Shown here: positions 27,071 to 41,000 of the stretch, one piece after another
Position numbering within the stretch: the first letter of the stretch is position 1
How the letters are laid out: the number at the start of each line of letters is the position of its first letter
Assembly (NCBI GenBank): GCA_965235115.1
Contig: OZ249436.1
Coordinates: forward strand, 39,806,001 to 39,870,000
Direction of reading: 5' to 3'
DNA: 64,000 bases
From: Laetmonice hystrix
Taxonomy: Eukaryota
Notes under the pieces: model-generated
What the model saw: the letters and a program-made list of their open reading frames with translations, nothing else
Database searches by the model: none
What the model was told of the DNA's origin: nothing
Position numbers and translations under genes: made by a program

Positions 27071-28450
27071 TTAAAATCAGAAACATTTGTTTTTTTTTTC
27101 TATTAAAATACATATTATTGATATGTAGTGGGGTTGACTTAGTGTAGCACATGATCTTAATTTCATGCAAACTATATATATTATTCGTGTCCTTGTAAAG
27201 GAAAATGTTGAGATGAGGTGGGTTAAACAATATTATTGACTTATTATTGACAGTGCAGCCTCTGATCATGATGCTATATGGGTGAACGTGGCGACTTTCT
27301 GAAAGGTAGTAGTATAATGAAGTGGCGGTAAAGAAACAACCCATACATGTATTTTTTTAAGTATACTGTAAACGCCTACGATTTCTGTTATCTTTCTGTA
27401 GTGGTGGTATACTGATTGTTCGGTCAGGTATATAAGTTCAATAATCTGCGTGGATGTATGGTATAGGGTCCGGTAAGAATATACTCTTATATACCCACTA
27501 AACGAGCCGCCTTATATTGTCCGATTTGTCCCCGTCTTGTTACGGCCTCGTTATTTCTTTTGTTATGTTTTCCTATAGGTCTCCCGCCGTCCCTAACCTC
27601 AATGATCCCAGTGGCTGCTTACAGCACCTGCCGCCTCACCCCACCGCGTGCGTCTGGTGGTGGGAGTCGGGATGCTATAGGATCCATGCAAGCACTGCCA
27701 ACAGCTCGTCATCCCACAAGGTGAGATGGCTGGACTGGCGTGCTATGCCAACAGCTGGTTTCAGTTGGCACATCTCCAACCCGATGGACCCCGACAGTGT
27801 TTGAGCTGGTCGGGCTGGTCCTTGACCTCATTTGGCAGGATTCCAAACACAGACGGCTATAGGATCGACACCGGCCTTACTGGGACTATTAGCTCGGTAA
27901 CCCAGGGCTGCATGGGCCCACCTGGACATTGGTAGATGGACAGGCTGGGGCCGGGGGGGGGGGGGCACTTGTCTGTAAGTTAAGGTTTTTTTGTGCTTGT
28001 CAAAAAGGGCACTTTTCTCAGTACTGTACTACTATAGGATGACAACGTCACTGCTGCCCTCTAGCGATTGGTATGGCCCTCGCTGTTTCATGCTTGATCG
28101 CATATTTTTTGATACTGGGACCTATTGAGCGTGCTATAGACATAATGGCGCATCCGGCACATAATATCAATAACAAGGCAAGATATACCATGCAGTCCTA
28201 TTGATGTAGAGCGGACGTACACAACTGATACGGAATGGGAAATATTGACTACCAGCTAAGTTAACAATGTATGGAAGTGGGTAGGTAACACATGTTTTTC
28301 ACGCCTCGGTACATAATTATGGGGGCGGTCAGTTTCACTGTGGAGTATCCGGGCAAACCATGGACATTGATTGCTTGAAGTATAGGTAACTCAAGATTTG
28401 ACTTGTAATTTTAAGGTTGCAACAGCAAGCTGCATTCAGTAATGGGATTA

Positions 28451-28636
28451 CAGTGGCGGATCCAGGAATTATTATTGGGGAGGGGGGGGGGGCTATAACC
28501 ATCGGCCAAAAACACATTATTAGGCCAAGGCCAAAAATATATGACAACGATCATAATTGGATGATAAAAATAACATCGTCCAGAATTTAAGGGGGGGGGG
28601 GGCTGGAGCCCCTTACCCTCCCTGGGTCCGCCAATG
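28451..28636. mobile_element. MITE with CAGTGGCGGATCC-type termini and internal poly-G tracts
   Basis: CAGTGGCGGATCCAGG ... CCTGGGTCCGCCAATG; GATTA directly repeated on both flanks. Confidence 0.75.
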
Positions 28637-31600
28637 GATTATTAAATACCTCCCAGAGATAAGAATGGTTGGTCTGAGAACCTCGGTAGACCGCATAAAG
28701 GTAGGCCTATACTGTAGGCTATGCTACGCATCTTGTGGTCTGGCACAACACCAAATATAATAGACCCATAAATCATTGTGAGTAGATCAAGCAGGCCTTG
28801 AGGAGGCGAGATTGTATGGATTGAGCAGCATCTTAGCAGACAGGGAATGCATACTAATCGAATAATTCAAGTTTCTCCCATGGATGCCCTCCTGGTTAAA
28901 TATTGAAAAAGCAAAGCTACAGAGCTTCTCCAGATCAGAAGGCCTGCCATCTGTCATGACTCCCCAAACGAGCCGAGTATAATGAGGGAGACACATACAT
29001 ACATGCATACATGCATTGGGACATGAATACATGAGGCAACATGTTAAAGTAAGATATCATAATATAGGAACCTTGCCGACAGATATTGTGGCTTACTTGT
29101 TGTAACTGCTTGATGTCTCCGGCGAGGAAGAAACCCGATCTGTCAAGTTCATGCTTCTCACATTAATCATAATGTAGGGCCTGATTATAATCACCTAATG
29201 GAGAACCCCAGTTGATCACGCAATCATCGAGTCAGAGCAGGCCGATGTGAAAGGTCGTTTCCTCGCAGTCATCCACGGCCTCACCCCCACCCCCACCCCA
29301 TCCCCGAGAGGTGCTTTCTGTCGTTCCCATGATATCCCAGAAGTATCAGCAACGAGCTATAGACTCTATTCACAGAACAAAATACTATATTTGTCAACAA
29401 GACAGGAATCAAGCTCAGAAAGTTGAGTTAGGCCTATCTGTAGATGTACACCAAAGGACATCTTTGTAAAATACAACATCTATTATGAAACTATGTACTA
29501 TACTATATTGCCCGTGTTACCTATTTCAAATAATGTGATGGTTTTTATTTGTCTTTGCCAACGAACAATTGGACATAATCTTGGCCGACGGTTCACATTC
29601 TGTGTGAGAACATTTGTAGAATGCCACCCGCATATAGCACATGGCACACGTATACGGTGTAAGGTTCATAAGTGTTCCTGATGGTTTGAAATGATACCGT
29701 AATAAATTATTGTTGGAAAGTAGTTAGTTGTCAGACACGAAAGCACGAATAACTCGGGCCGTCGGTCATCGTCCCGTAGCTGGCCGAGAATATTAATAAG
29801 GGAAACATCATTGTCAAACCGTCCTAAAGCAACACTATAATAATTCAGTAATCAACATTCTAGCCATTCATTCTGTCGTATTTGCATTTAATTAACCTGG
29901 TAATACTCAGCAAACTTTGCGAGGATATGGTTAGTATAAGATTAAATTGTAAATATATATATATGTACTATATTCTGAAAGTTTCGTCTTAAAGAAATAA
30001 AAGACTATCTTTGTGACGTTTAAATATTTTGCCGAAACATTTCCATCAAATTAAGGGTGGCAGTGTTTCTCACTCTTGAGAATGTAGTTCCACATAATAT
30101 TTGCGTTTGTGCTCATTTCTTGATCACTGAGGTCAAGGAATAATTTTACTGGACGAAAGGATGCTGTGATATATACACCAAACTTGTACACTCCAGTATA
30201 CACCCAGACTGAGACTGTCAGCCGTCTGTCCTGCCCCCCCCCCCGACTTATGCCGCTGGCATATAAATATGAATGTAAGTGCAAATGTGCCTTCTCTTAG
30301 GCTGCCAGGTCCCGATTGGGATTCTTGCCGCAAACTGGCGTGACAAGTGAACCTTGGGACGTGTCAAACATGATAGCATAAACGTATAGCGGCCGGACAT
30401 CAAGGACGACCCAGTCCGCTGATGGTGGCAACTCTCCTCACCGGAAGTGGTATAGTCTGATCGGAGCCTTCCGACTGTCATTATATTCACCTGCTTGGCA
30501 ACACGTTCCACCATACTCTCCATACAGAGGCGCCTCCAGTTTCCAGTGTCCGGCCTGCATGGGCAATGTCACAAAACAAGCCGGCCCAGTTTTTAGCGAA
30601 GTCATAATAAATGTGTAGATCTACGTCACTGCCCTGTACAACCTCTGAAATAGAAAAGAAAGTATCCTTGGGGGGGGGGGGGGGGGGCGAGCCATGTTTC
30701 AACGCTTCCCAGTACGCATGATTAGAATAGGCCTAAAGGCGGTTCCAATGTAGGCCTATGCCTAACTGAGCAGATAATCATAATCTCTAAGTATGAGACA
30801 ATATTTTATCTGGAGATCTTTAAAAAAACACGCCAAAAACCTAACAAATTACTTATAGGCCGATGCTGAAATACAATATGACACTAGAACAAACATCAGG
30901 AGATGATATAGTTCCTCAGAAAAAAATCCCAAACTGAGTGCATACACCTATCCCAAGGGATTATTGTGTCCAACGGTGTTAAAGGAGTCTAGGGTTGTTC
31001 TTAGATCTTCTGCTATCGATGCCACATCGTCTGCTCGGGGCATTTGAGAACACAAAGGCGACGCACCAAATTCATTGTCTAACTGTCAGGCGTTAAATGA
31101 TTACACGGTCTTCAAAGAAACACTGTCCCTTTATGAAATAAACCTTTCTACTATAGAATATTGTGTACACTTTCATACAAACTTTTGCAAGTCCTACGCC
31201 GAAATCTTTCATAATGTGAAATGGACCTATTAGTATTTTTTATGAAGTTCAATGAAAAGAACGGTGTATTATGTATGAAGGCCTATCGAAATCCTAATTC
31301 TAGATGGTTGTTGGGGAGGGGATGGGGGGGGGGGGGTCTTCTGCGATGTCGATATTGATCTGTAAAAACCGGCTCAAAGCAATTCTCCTAGCAGTGAAAC
31401 GCAGCGACCATGCAGAAGGGAGTCTTCGGCGTCGATACATCTCTATCCATGTTTCAAGCAGGTCTATCGTAACTACTAAAGTAACGTGATATTCATCGGA
31501 AATAGTTTCAAGAACGATGTCATCTCGGAATCTATTATGTTTCGTTTAGTTCTAATACTGAACTGATACAGTTTGACCTCCTTTCTGCCAGGTGCCCCTT

Positions 31601-32345
31601 TAAGGATCTCCTCTATTCTTTTCAAAGTCCTGAATCCCTTCTCCATTCCCAAAACTCCATAGAATGTTGCATGTGATATCCGTAGGTTAATTTCGATCCG
31701 AATTCCCCAAAAAATCAGCCAACCTCTTAACAAGCGAGCCCCCTTCAGTCTGGCTATATAACCAATTGGCAGACATGCCGAGAGTAGGCATCTTCCCCTC
31801 TGTCGCCCCCAACCGGAAATGAGGGCCAAGCGCGCCATATCGTCGGGGCGGCCGCTCACTGCGCCATCACAACGCAATAAAAAATAGGGCAGCTGTGTCG
31901 GAAACTGGTCTGTTACCCAGACCACCAACATATCTCCTTATACAACAATAGGGACAAGAATAACGTCAGCACTCTTCCTGGTGAGACTTTGATGGATTCC
32001 AAGTTTACACCACTTATCTGTTAAAGGAAACCCCAGGCAATGTCTGCCTGTCCAGATTTCTTCAAAAATATCCGGCTCATGAAGCAATCTCAAAAGGCGC
32101 ACCACTGCAGGTAGTTCACCTGTATAGTAGGCCTAAATATCCGACCAGGCATGTTAGCTGTAGACCACCACGAGGCCAGGAAGTGATACATTATAGTCGG
32201 CCCGGGGTGCGGCACTTCTTTCATACCTCCCTGTCGTATCATAGGAAGTGTCCTCCATTTTTATTTTCCCATCGTGAATGAGTGAGGGACTAGATCAGCC
32301 TATACGGCAAGTCATGTCTGCTAAGTATTTAGAAGAGCTGCTATG

Positions 32346-32367
32346 AGAGAGAGAGAAAGAGAGCTGC

Positions 32368-32440
<73 letters not shown>
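32346..32440. repeat. (GA)n microsatellite
   Basis: Directly visible. Confidence 0.97.
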
Positions 32441-32443
<3 letters not shown>

Positions 32444-33821
32444 ATTAGGCATACAATGTATTATTATAACCTAACAGCCAGAACTACTCCACAATTCTCT
32501 CCTTAGGCCTAGGTCAAAACGAACAATACTCATAAAGCTTGCATTTTTAAGGTTAAGTCTGGCGTCATCCATCATTCGATCGATAATGTTAATAATGCTT
32601 TCACTAAATAATTACAGGTCTACATAAACTATGTGAACGGTGTTTTAATACATGTATGTTGTAGGTCCACGGTGTGCCTGCAGTAATTTTGGGGCTGTTG
32701 GAGGGCCCGCTATAATTTAAGGGTTTCTAATGTATGACAGCTTTATTTCAGGTTAAGCAGTAATGAATGTATTTAAGGTAATACTGCTATAGTCGTAACA
32801 CGATATACAGTTGTACCTATACATTCTATTTTAGTATATGGCTTCCCATTATAGGCTATGCCCCACGGTATATGTCTCTGGCACGTGTAGCTTTCATTGG
32901 CTGAATATGCATCCAACGCAACAGCGTCCTATATCGGGTTACAAAATGTCCACAACCTGTCGCAGCGGGTTCCTCCCTCTGATGTGGTGGGGCGAGCAGA
33001 AGCACCACTATATAGATTCTAAGCCTAACTGAATACAAAAAAAGGTGCCCAACGACAGTCGCGGTTCCGTTTCCGGTTTCGAATGAAGGCCTACACAGCC
33101 ATCCCGAACATCCTGCCAGGTGACACAATTCTCGCTCACAGCGGTGAACGTCAAACCACGTCTTTCAACGAAGGCAAACTCGTTACACCCTTCTATTCCC
33201 CGTCACCGTGAAACTAATTTGTGAACATTAGCCTAATCTCTTACCAATTGGCCCCCAAACATTTTCTAAAATGCAATAACACAGAGCTAATGAAATTGCG
33301 CTAGTCTTGTCCGGAATCATTATTTGCCAATCAGTCGTTCATAATGTTACGATTTTACGGCCTCTTCATCAAGACAATGAATGAACCAAGTGGATAAGAT
33401 GACGTTGAGAACTTAACTCGTGGTGTACGAGGATATGCAGTGATAAATTTGCATACCAATGTGATAATTACCTATCAATTTCTCACTCGACTGTCACCAA
33501 TAAGTTTAAGCAGGCTCTGTTTCTGATCGTAATGAATATAGTTCGACCTCACACATGCGAACAAAATAGATTTGAAATAGTATCGATGCGACGGTACCGA
33601 GTTTTAATTGGAATTAGTAACTCAAAACTCCAAGTGTTGCATGAATTTTGACGAACCCTGCTGGAGGTGTGAGCGCCACCTCGTGTGCAGTAATGGCCTT
33701 GAAGCGCCACCTAGCGAGTGAATGAGACGCGTGGATAGGAGGTGGGTGGTTGATCAGGCCAAAGATGGTGACCCTGGCCTACCCTTATAGACATACACGT
33801 ACTAGGCCTATAGTGCGTGAC

Positions 33822-33905
33822 AGAAGAAGAAGAAGAAGAAGAAGAAGAAGAAGAAGACGAAGGAGGAGGAGGAGGAGGAGGAGGAGGAGGAGAAGGAGAA
33901 AGAAA
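33822..33905. repeat. (GAA)n(GGA)n compound microsatellite
   Basis: Directly visible. Confidence 0.95.
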
Positions 33906-36900
33906 AGGATATATGATCGGCGATTTTAAAGTTGTTATAAAAATAAGATTAGGCTATTGCATAGGCCTATCGATCTGCTAAGCACCCTTTTCCTTTTTGG
34001 CCCCTATATAAACATATAGGCCTATATGTCTGATTGAGTATAGGCCCCCTGGCTATTCTTGCTTTATAAGTTAGGGGCGGACCACTTGATACGGGGGACA
34101 AATTACTAAAAGAAACAAAAAACATACCCCCCGACGTATCAAATGGTCCACCTCTTATAAAAAAGAAATTCAACTCGCTGCGACCCAGCACCGACACGAA
34201 ATTCGAGACTATACTTGGAGATGGGTTTGGGATTGCGTAGATCCTTAGCACTCCTCGACCCATGGACACAGGCCTCATCACCTCACAACCCCAGCTTCAG
34301 TGTTGACAAGCCATTTTAATTCTTCTCTAATTTCGACAATGTTCCCGAACCACAGTTGTCCAAATACAATAAAACACCTCATTATACCCGAAACGAATAG
34401 ATCAGTGACGAGCGGAATTCTCCCCGCCCCCGGCATAACTTTTGTCCTTTTTCTTAAGAAAATGACAATGGCCTTATACATGGACAGGGGTTAACTTGAT
34501 TGATTGCAGTAATGAGAAGACTTTTTGTCAGAGGATAGCACGCAATCCATGCTATTCCTTCCAAACGATGTTTACATATCGCACTTTATTGCTTCTTTTT
34601 ATTATGACTTAACCATACGACGCTGGCGTGACTGAAGGTCCCTAGATGCGCCAATATTGGCGCCGATAAACGACGCCATAATGCCGACTAATGAGAACAA
34701 ATTGGTGATTAATATAGACGGGGGTGCAAACCGTAATCCTATCGGGCGGCCCCGGGTTATAGGCTCGTTATATAGGACCCAGTCGCCGTGGGTACCTTAC
34801 ACGGCGGCCCGGCCTGTGGGGTTCGATCAGGGGGTACGTACCCCACAGGATCGATTCATCCCTACAGGGTGAACTCGACGTCACTCGGTAACAAACATAG
34901 ACCTAATAATGATAGGCCCAATGTTGGGGGGCCTGAAATATCTTATGAAAAATCAAAATAGACCTACATTTTCCGGGGTCGTAATTACTATGAAATATTG
35001 GAAAGATTTGGAGAATTTGGGGGATGGTTTTAATATAATATGTAACATGTACCTTCTGCTATTGGCGAAGAGAATCAATAAATGAATATAGATAATAAAA
35101 CAGACATATCAGGAAAGAAATGAAACAGGATGTGCATGTATTATTCCTTTTATTCCCAGTTCCTTCATCCTGTGCTCTGAAATGATTAAAATCTCATGAG
35201 GTAGCCGTTTCGTAATACAAATTTAAAATCACGTTTTACATACGTTTATGGATAAACTGTGATTATGGTCAAAAATGTAGTCAGTGACAAGTTTAAAAAA
35301 ATAGATATCAATATAACTGTATTGATATGTAGGCCTATAATATGAGGCAGCCTTATCACTGCACAGCAGGCAGTGTGTGGGGTGTGTCGGTAGCACTGTT
35401 TACAATTCCTTACTGCAGTGAGATGAGAACCTATGCCAACATTATATGCACGGTCAGCAGTTTCTGAACTCCATTCCCGTCCTAGTCGCCCACGTGGTTT
35501 CCAGTATTTCATCCTAATTGATCATCAGCGGCCGACTTATTTAATTAGCTCCGGACAGGTCTGCGTCGTTTGTTAGATGTATAATCCTGCCACTGCTGCA
35601 AGGTGTTAGCCGGACATTATGGATCTGAAGTATTTGATCTCAGACGGCTATAGGACAGGTGTGCATGAAGGTAGCAGAAATCGACAGTTCCCTTCCAGCA
35701 AAAGCACAGATCTATGCACTCTTAGCGCAGTGCGGCATCCTTCATTTCCTGCCGCACTTAGAACATCTGTTCGACAAAGACATTTTTTTGTATACGTTCA
35801 GCGTATGTTTTGCTATATGAAACGCCGACACGGTATAGGGCGAGACGGGACATCCGGGCATTTCCAGGTGGCGCTGCAGTAGCAGGTTAGCAACTGGTGA
35901 ATACACCCCCCTGACTACGCTTGTCGCGCACTAAGGGGCGAACGGGACTCTAGTTTTTTATTGCAATTATCAACAAATTTCCCAATTGAATGTGTTCGAA
36001 CAGCCACATAATGATAAGGCTGAAAGTAAAGTCACTGTATAGACAGAAATCTTTAACTTTTTGTGCACCGAAGTCCTAGAAAGTAGGGGTAATATTCGGC
36101 CTGTATTTATGACAGGAGAGGAACCTTAACCCAACCCTGAGCCAAAACCTATATTTATCGCCCAATTCTGGCCAACCTGGACACTAACTCCTTCCCATAA
36201 ACGGGTATCTTATATTAACCTAACATAATGCAGTAAGAATCTAGATTTTACAACAGAACGCATCCTTTTAATTAGATAGACCTAGGCCTATGCCTGGGCC
36301 TATCTAATCATTTGAATAGCCAGATAAAGCAAGTCAAAACTTGAATTTGATGCACAGCTTTCTCTGCTGCCTGGGTCTGATCATATAGCGACATGTTTCA
36401 AGGTTTTGTGGTTTATTAACCCATCACTTTGTAGGCCTATAGCCTAGCTATGAACCCCTAGATACGTCGGTTATTGCATCCTCGACAGCCTGGTCACGAG
36501 TCCGGGTTGTTTGGAGTACCTTGTTAGACTCATGAACAAAACCCATGATAATGCAGGGTGTCCCAGAAAAACGGTCATGTCAGTCTTGTAATTAAAGAAC
36601 ATACTGTAGTAATTGATGAAATCGTTTATGGCAAACAGATGATCGAAGGAAGTGTTTTTGGTACGCTTTCTATCTAGTTAAAGGGGGGGGGGGGGGTTAG
36701 GAGAGCTCAGTTGAATGCCCTTTTTGGGCGGGGGGCGGTACTTTATGGAAACAATTGAAATAAAAAGAAGTAAAAAAGCATTGGGGTGATAAGAAACTGT
36801 TTTTAGGTGCGAGTCTTCCTTTAAAACGGATCTGGACAAAAATCCTCGCAAAGATGACACAGGATTTCTATTTTTAACATGTCCCAATTGAAACATTCCG

Positions 36901-38086
36901 TGCCAGGGGAGTAGGGACCTATCTGCTACTGTACCGATGGCCCTGGAGCCCCATCAAAACAAAAGATTTTGGGATGCGCTATATTATCTGTCCTGTATAT
37001 CTGTAACGGACTGTTTCACATACAAATTTCAAACCGGTTTTAAATTGAGATTTATGTAAGAACCATTTTCAAGAAAAATACACAAACTAGTTTGCTGCCA
37101 CTTTTTGGTCCCTTTTATGCAGGCATATAATAATTTATCCACATAAATGCGGATTACATATATATTAATGACTAATAATAAGAATAATAAGATCTTCACG
37201 TTCACCACCCCTCACCTTACCTTGTCAACCTTCAAGATCATTCATGATAAAAGTGCGTGCCTAGGCACAATACCTGTGTACCAGGTCAGTGGACGGTTTC
37301 AGGTAGAGTTGTTCTATGTTAAATAATACATTTCTGACAACCATTTCATTATGCTTTCTTTCATTCAGTTACCAATACCAGATGAGAAAACTATTGATAA
37401 TTTAAGAACCATTCTTACTATGTTCTGAACATAGACCATTATGTGCTCTTTCCTCACGATAAAATTCTCTCATTATACCATGACTCCAAGCCCTGTTTCT
37501 TAATTGACGATTTAATTTGTTGAACTCCCCAGGAAAGCAGGTTTTCAATGAATGAAAGTCACCACATAGCATGAATATTTTGGGGATAATTTCCTTGATT
37601 TCGGTCAATCTGAAATTACACGACTATTCAGCATTGCTTCAGTCCGTACACACCTTGTCAGTATCTAATCTTCATGTCACCCTGCTGTAATATATATGTA
37701 CATTGTATTATGTTTAAACTTTAATATAATCTACTGACTAGAGGGTTATACTATCTTTGGACGAATAATGTGAAGTCATAAAAGAAAATTACTGGTACCT
37801 GCATATTTTTACTGAATGCAAACGTTCAGAATTCCTTCCTAACTGGATAAGTTTTTAATACAACTTCACTCGAACACCTTGGTTAAAAATATTCCTCCAA
37901 ACTAATTATTAAAAAAAACACCTCCAAAAAATACCCCAAAAAACAATAAACAAATAGCGTTAACAGACAAGAAATACAGAAACTGATAAAGTGAGCTTAG
38001 CGTGGAGCTAGGCTATAAATCAAGTACAAAAATAAACAATATATCTTAATACTTCCACTGTAAGTAAAGTCCCGGCACATAACTAA

Positions 38087-41000
38087 TCACAGAGATCCAA
38101 AGACGGGCGACCGTGATAAAACCGACGCCTTGAGAACTGCAGGTCCCGCCATGTCCGAGCCATGCGAGTCTATGGACTTGAAGCTTGTATTGGACGTTGA
38201 GAGTAGACTCGGAGACTGTGACCCACGGGGTGTGGGATCTTCCACTGGACTGGCATTAAAACTGAGGAGTTGTCGTTGGACAAGCTGAGCATACAACCCA
38301 CCGTACTCTAATAGGTCCTTGTGTGTTCCCTCTTCTGCTACCTGTGACAAAAAACATAATAAAATTATTGTCTAGTAGTAGACAAGGGGGATGGGGATAC
38401 AACAACATGATCTAAAGATATTGAAAAACATGCCTTGACATGTCTCTATTCAACAAGATAAGCACATATTACACTTTGTATTACACAGCTTGTATGAATT
38501 ATTACAATAGTTACCTCTCCTTTGTTGATAACAATAATGCGGTTTGCTTTCTCTACCGTACTGAGACGATGGGCTACAATAAGCACTGTGTGACCCTTGA
38601 GATTGTTGTAAACTGCTTGTTGGACCTAGAGTGGTTTGAAAAAAAAGCATGTTAAATAATATACCAACACAGGAACCAACATAGTCTGGCCAGTTTAACC
38701 TTTTTGTAAGTAAGTATACAGAAACTTACAAAAGTAAACGCCAAGAAGTTTGACACTCTTTGAACTTGAGACTCTATTGAGAGATCTCTTAAAGATGGTA
38801 CTCACAATATGTTCAGACTCTGAATCCAGGGCACTCGTAGCTTCATCCAGTAGTAGGATGGCAGGGTTACGAATGAGAGCTCGAGCAATAGCAACCCGTT
38901 GTTTCTGTCCACCTGCAAACCATCCATTAAAATCATGTATTCAAAAATATCATAATTGTCTGAGTTCCTTATACTGGAGTAAAGTTATGCAAATAAAAAA
39001 AATATAAAAAAAATATAAAAAATTCCATTCAGTGCTATGGCAAATAGTTCAATTTGAACTGGTTGCTATGGGCTTTACTTTTACCGACTTCATACTTTAT
39101 CCCTTTATAAAATACCTGAAAGTTGTGCTCCCTTTTCGCCGGCTTGGGTTTCATACTGGTCCTTGAGTTCTGAGATGAACTCATGAGCGTTAGCTTGCCT
39201 TGCAGCTTTTCGTACCAGGTCCATGTCCACATCCTCCATACCATAGGCAATGTTCTCTCTGATAGTCCTTGCATAGAGGACGGGTTCTTGTCCAACTAGT
39301 GCCAACTGTTAAAGAGATAATAATAATTCTATTGCTTCAGTTGGTAATCTAAAAGGTGAGATTTATGTAACAGATGCCCCAACATGGTTTGTAGGATACT
39401 CATTTATTCATTATGAATCATCATATTACATGGATATATATCAGGGTTCCCAGCCTTTTGTGAAAATCAAATTCCCTAAGTTTTCCCTGAGACTTCGCTG
39501 AGAAGTTTCCAAAACTTCATGAGAAATATTTTGTGTTTTATGGTAACAAAGCTGACTATAATGGTCTGGAGAGGTGTATTCTTTACACTCCATGAACACT
39601 AAAAATCCACGATACAAATTAGTCAATGGATACAACTTAGGACACACTGAAGATGCACCTGCCAAATTGAATCAACCGATGAAAACCTTTTCCATGAGTT
39701 TTCCCTGATTTTTACGTTTTCACCAATTCCCTGAGTTTTCCCTGACTGGGAAGTTCTCCACTTTCAAGGTTTTCCCTGATTTGCAGAGTGGCTGAGAACC
39801 CTGTATACCGGTACATGTATTCTAAATAATGTCTCTATTCAACAGATGTCTACCTTAGAATGTAGATATTTGTGATCGTACTGTTCTATGGGGATGTTGT
39901 CAAGCAGAACCTGACCAGAGGTTGTCTCATAGAAATGTTCAATGAGATTCACACAGGTACTTTTGCCACCTCCACTTGGACCAACAAGAGCCACCACCTC
40001 CCCTGGCTTCACATGGAAGGAAACATTCTGAAAAAAATCAACGACTTAGAAGCATAAAAATTGCATTTATAGTTATGTCCTGATCAAAAAGATCGAATCA
40101 AGCAAAGTTGCATTACTGATACATGCACTGGTGTCTTTCATGTCTTTAAGTTGAGCTGAAATATTCGGGCATAATAATCATCAATATTAAGTATACTGTC
40201 AATAAACAAAAGAGTTTTAGCAACCTTTTCTTCAATGAGACTATTTTCTATGTATGATACATATAAACGATCAGTCCACTTACTTTGAGTACAGGGGCAT
40301 CAGGGCGAGATGGATACGTAAACGTAATGTTTCTGAACTGCAAGGCTCCTGAAAACTTGGTTGGTTTTAATTGCCCTTCATGTTTTATCTGAGGTTTACG
40401 GTCCATGAATTCAAAAACTTTCTCAGAAGCTCCAACTGCTTGCATCACCGCAGTGTAGACCCCGGCAATGGACTGAAACAATACATTTCCTAACCATAAT
40501 ACATTTTATAGTATAAAGTCTCTTATCTCTCATATCTTGAATAACATACCTACAAATTAAAAGTACAATAAGACATTGTGGCTGCAGTATCTTTTATAGT
40601 AAAATTAATTGGAATTAAAAGCTAAATTACTAAGCACCTCAATGTATGTAAATTAAAGCTAAACTGCGTCCTATTTGCATACCTCGATACAATATCCCAG
40701 CTGCATCTGGTAGAGAATAAAGGAGACCAGATGACCTCCAGTGAGGCGGTCCGATACAACCAAGTGACCTCCATAATATAAAGTGGCCACGACCAATGAC
40801 AGGCTAAAGAGCTGTAAAATGGAAACATAATGTTTGCAAATTTTGCAAAACCATCTGGGTCAAATTTTGGAAAGTTTATTTTCCATTCAAGAAATGCTGT
40901 TACTTCCATGTAAGAAATACATGTGTGTATTGACAAAAATAAAGTGAAAGTAAAATACCCATGATTCCTGATGAAATACTTACATCTGTGGACCACATGT

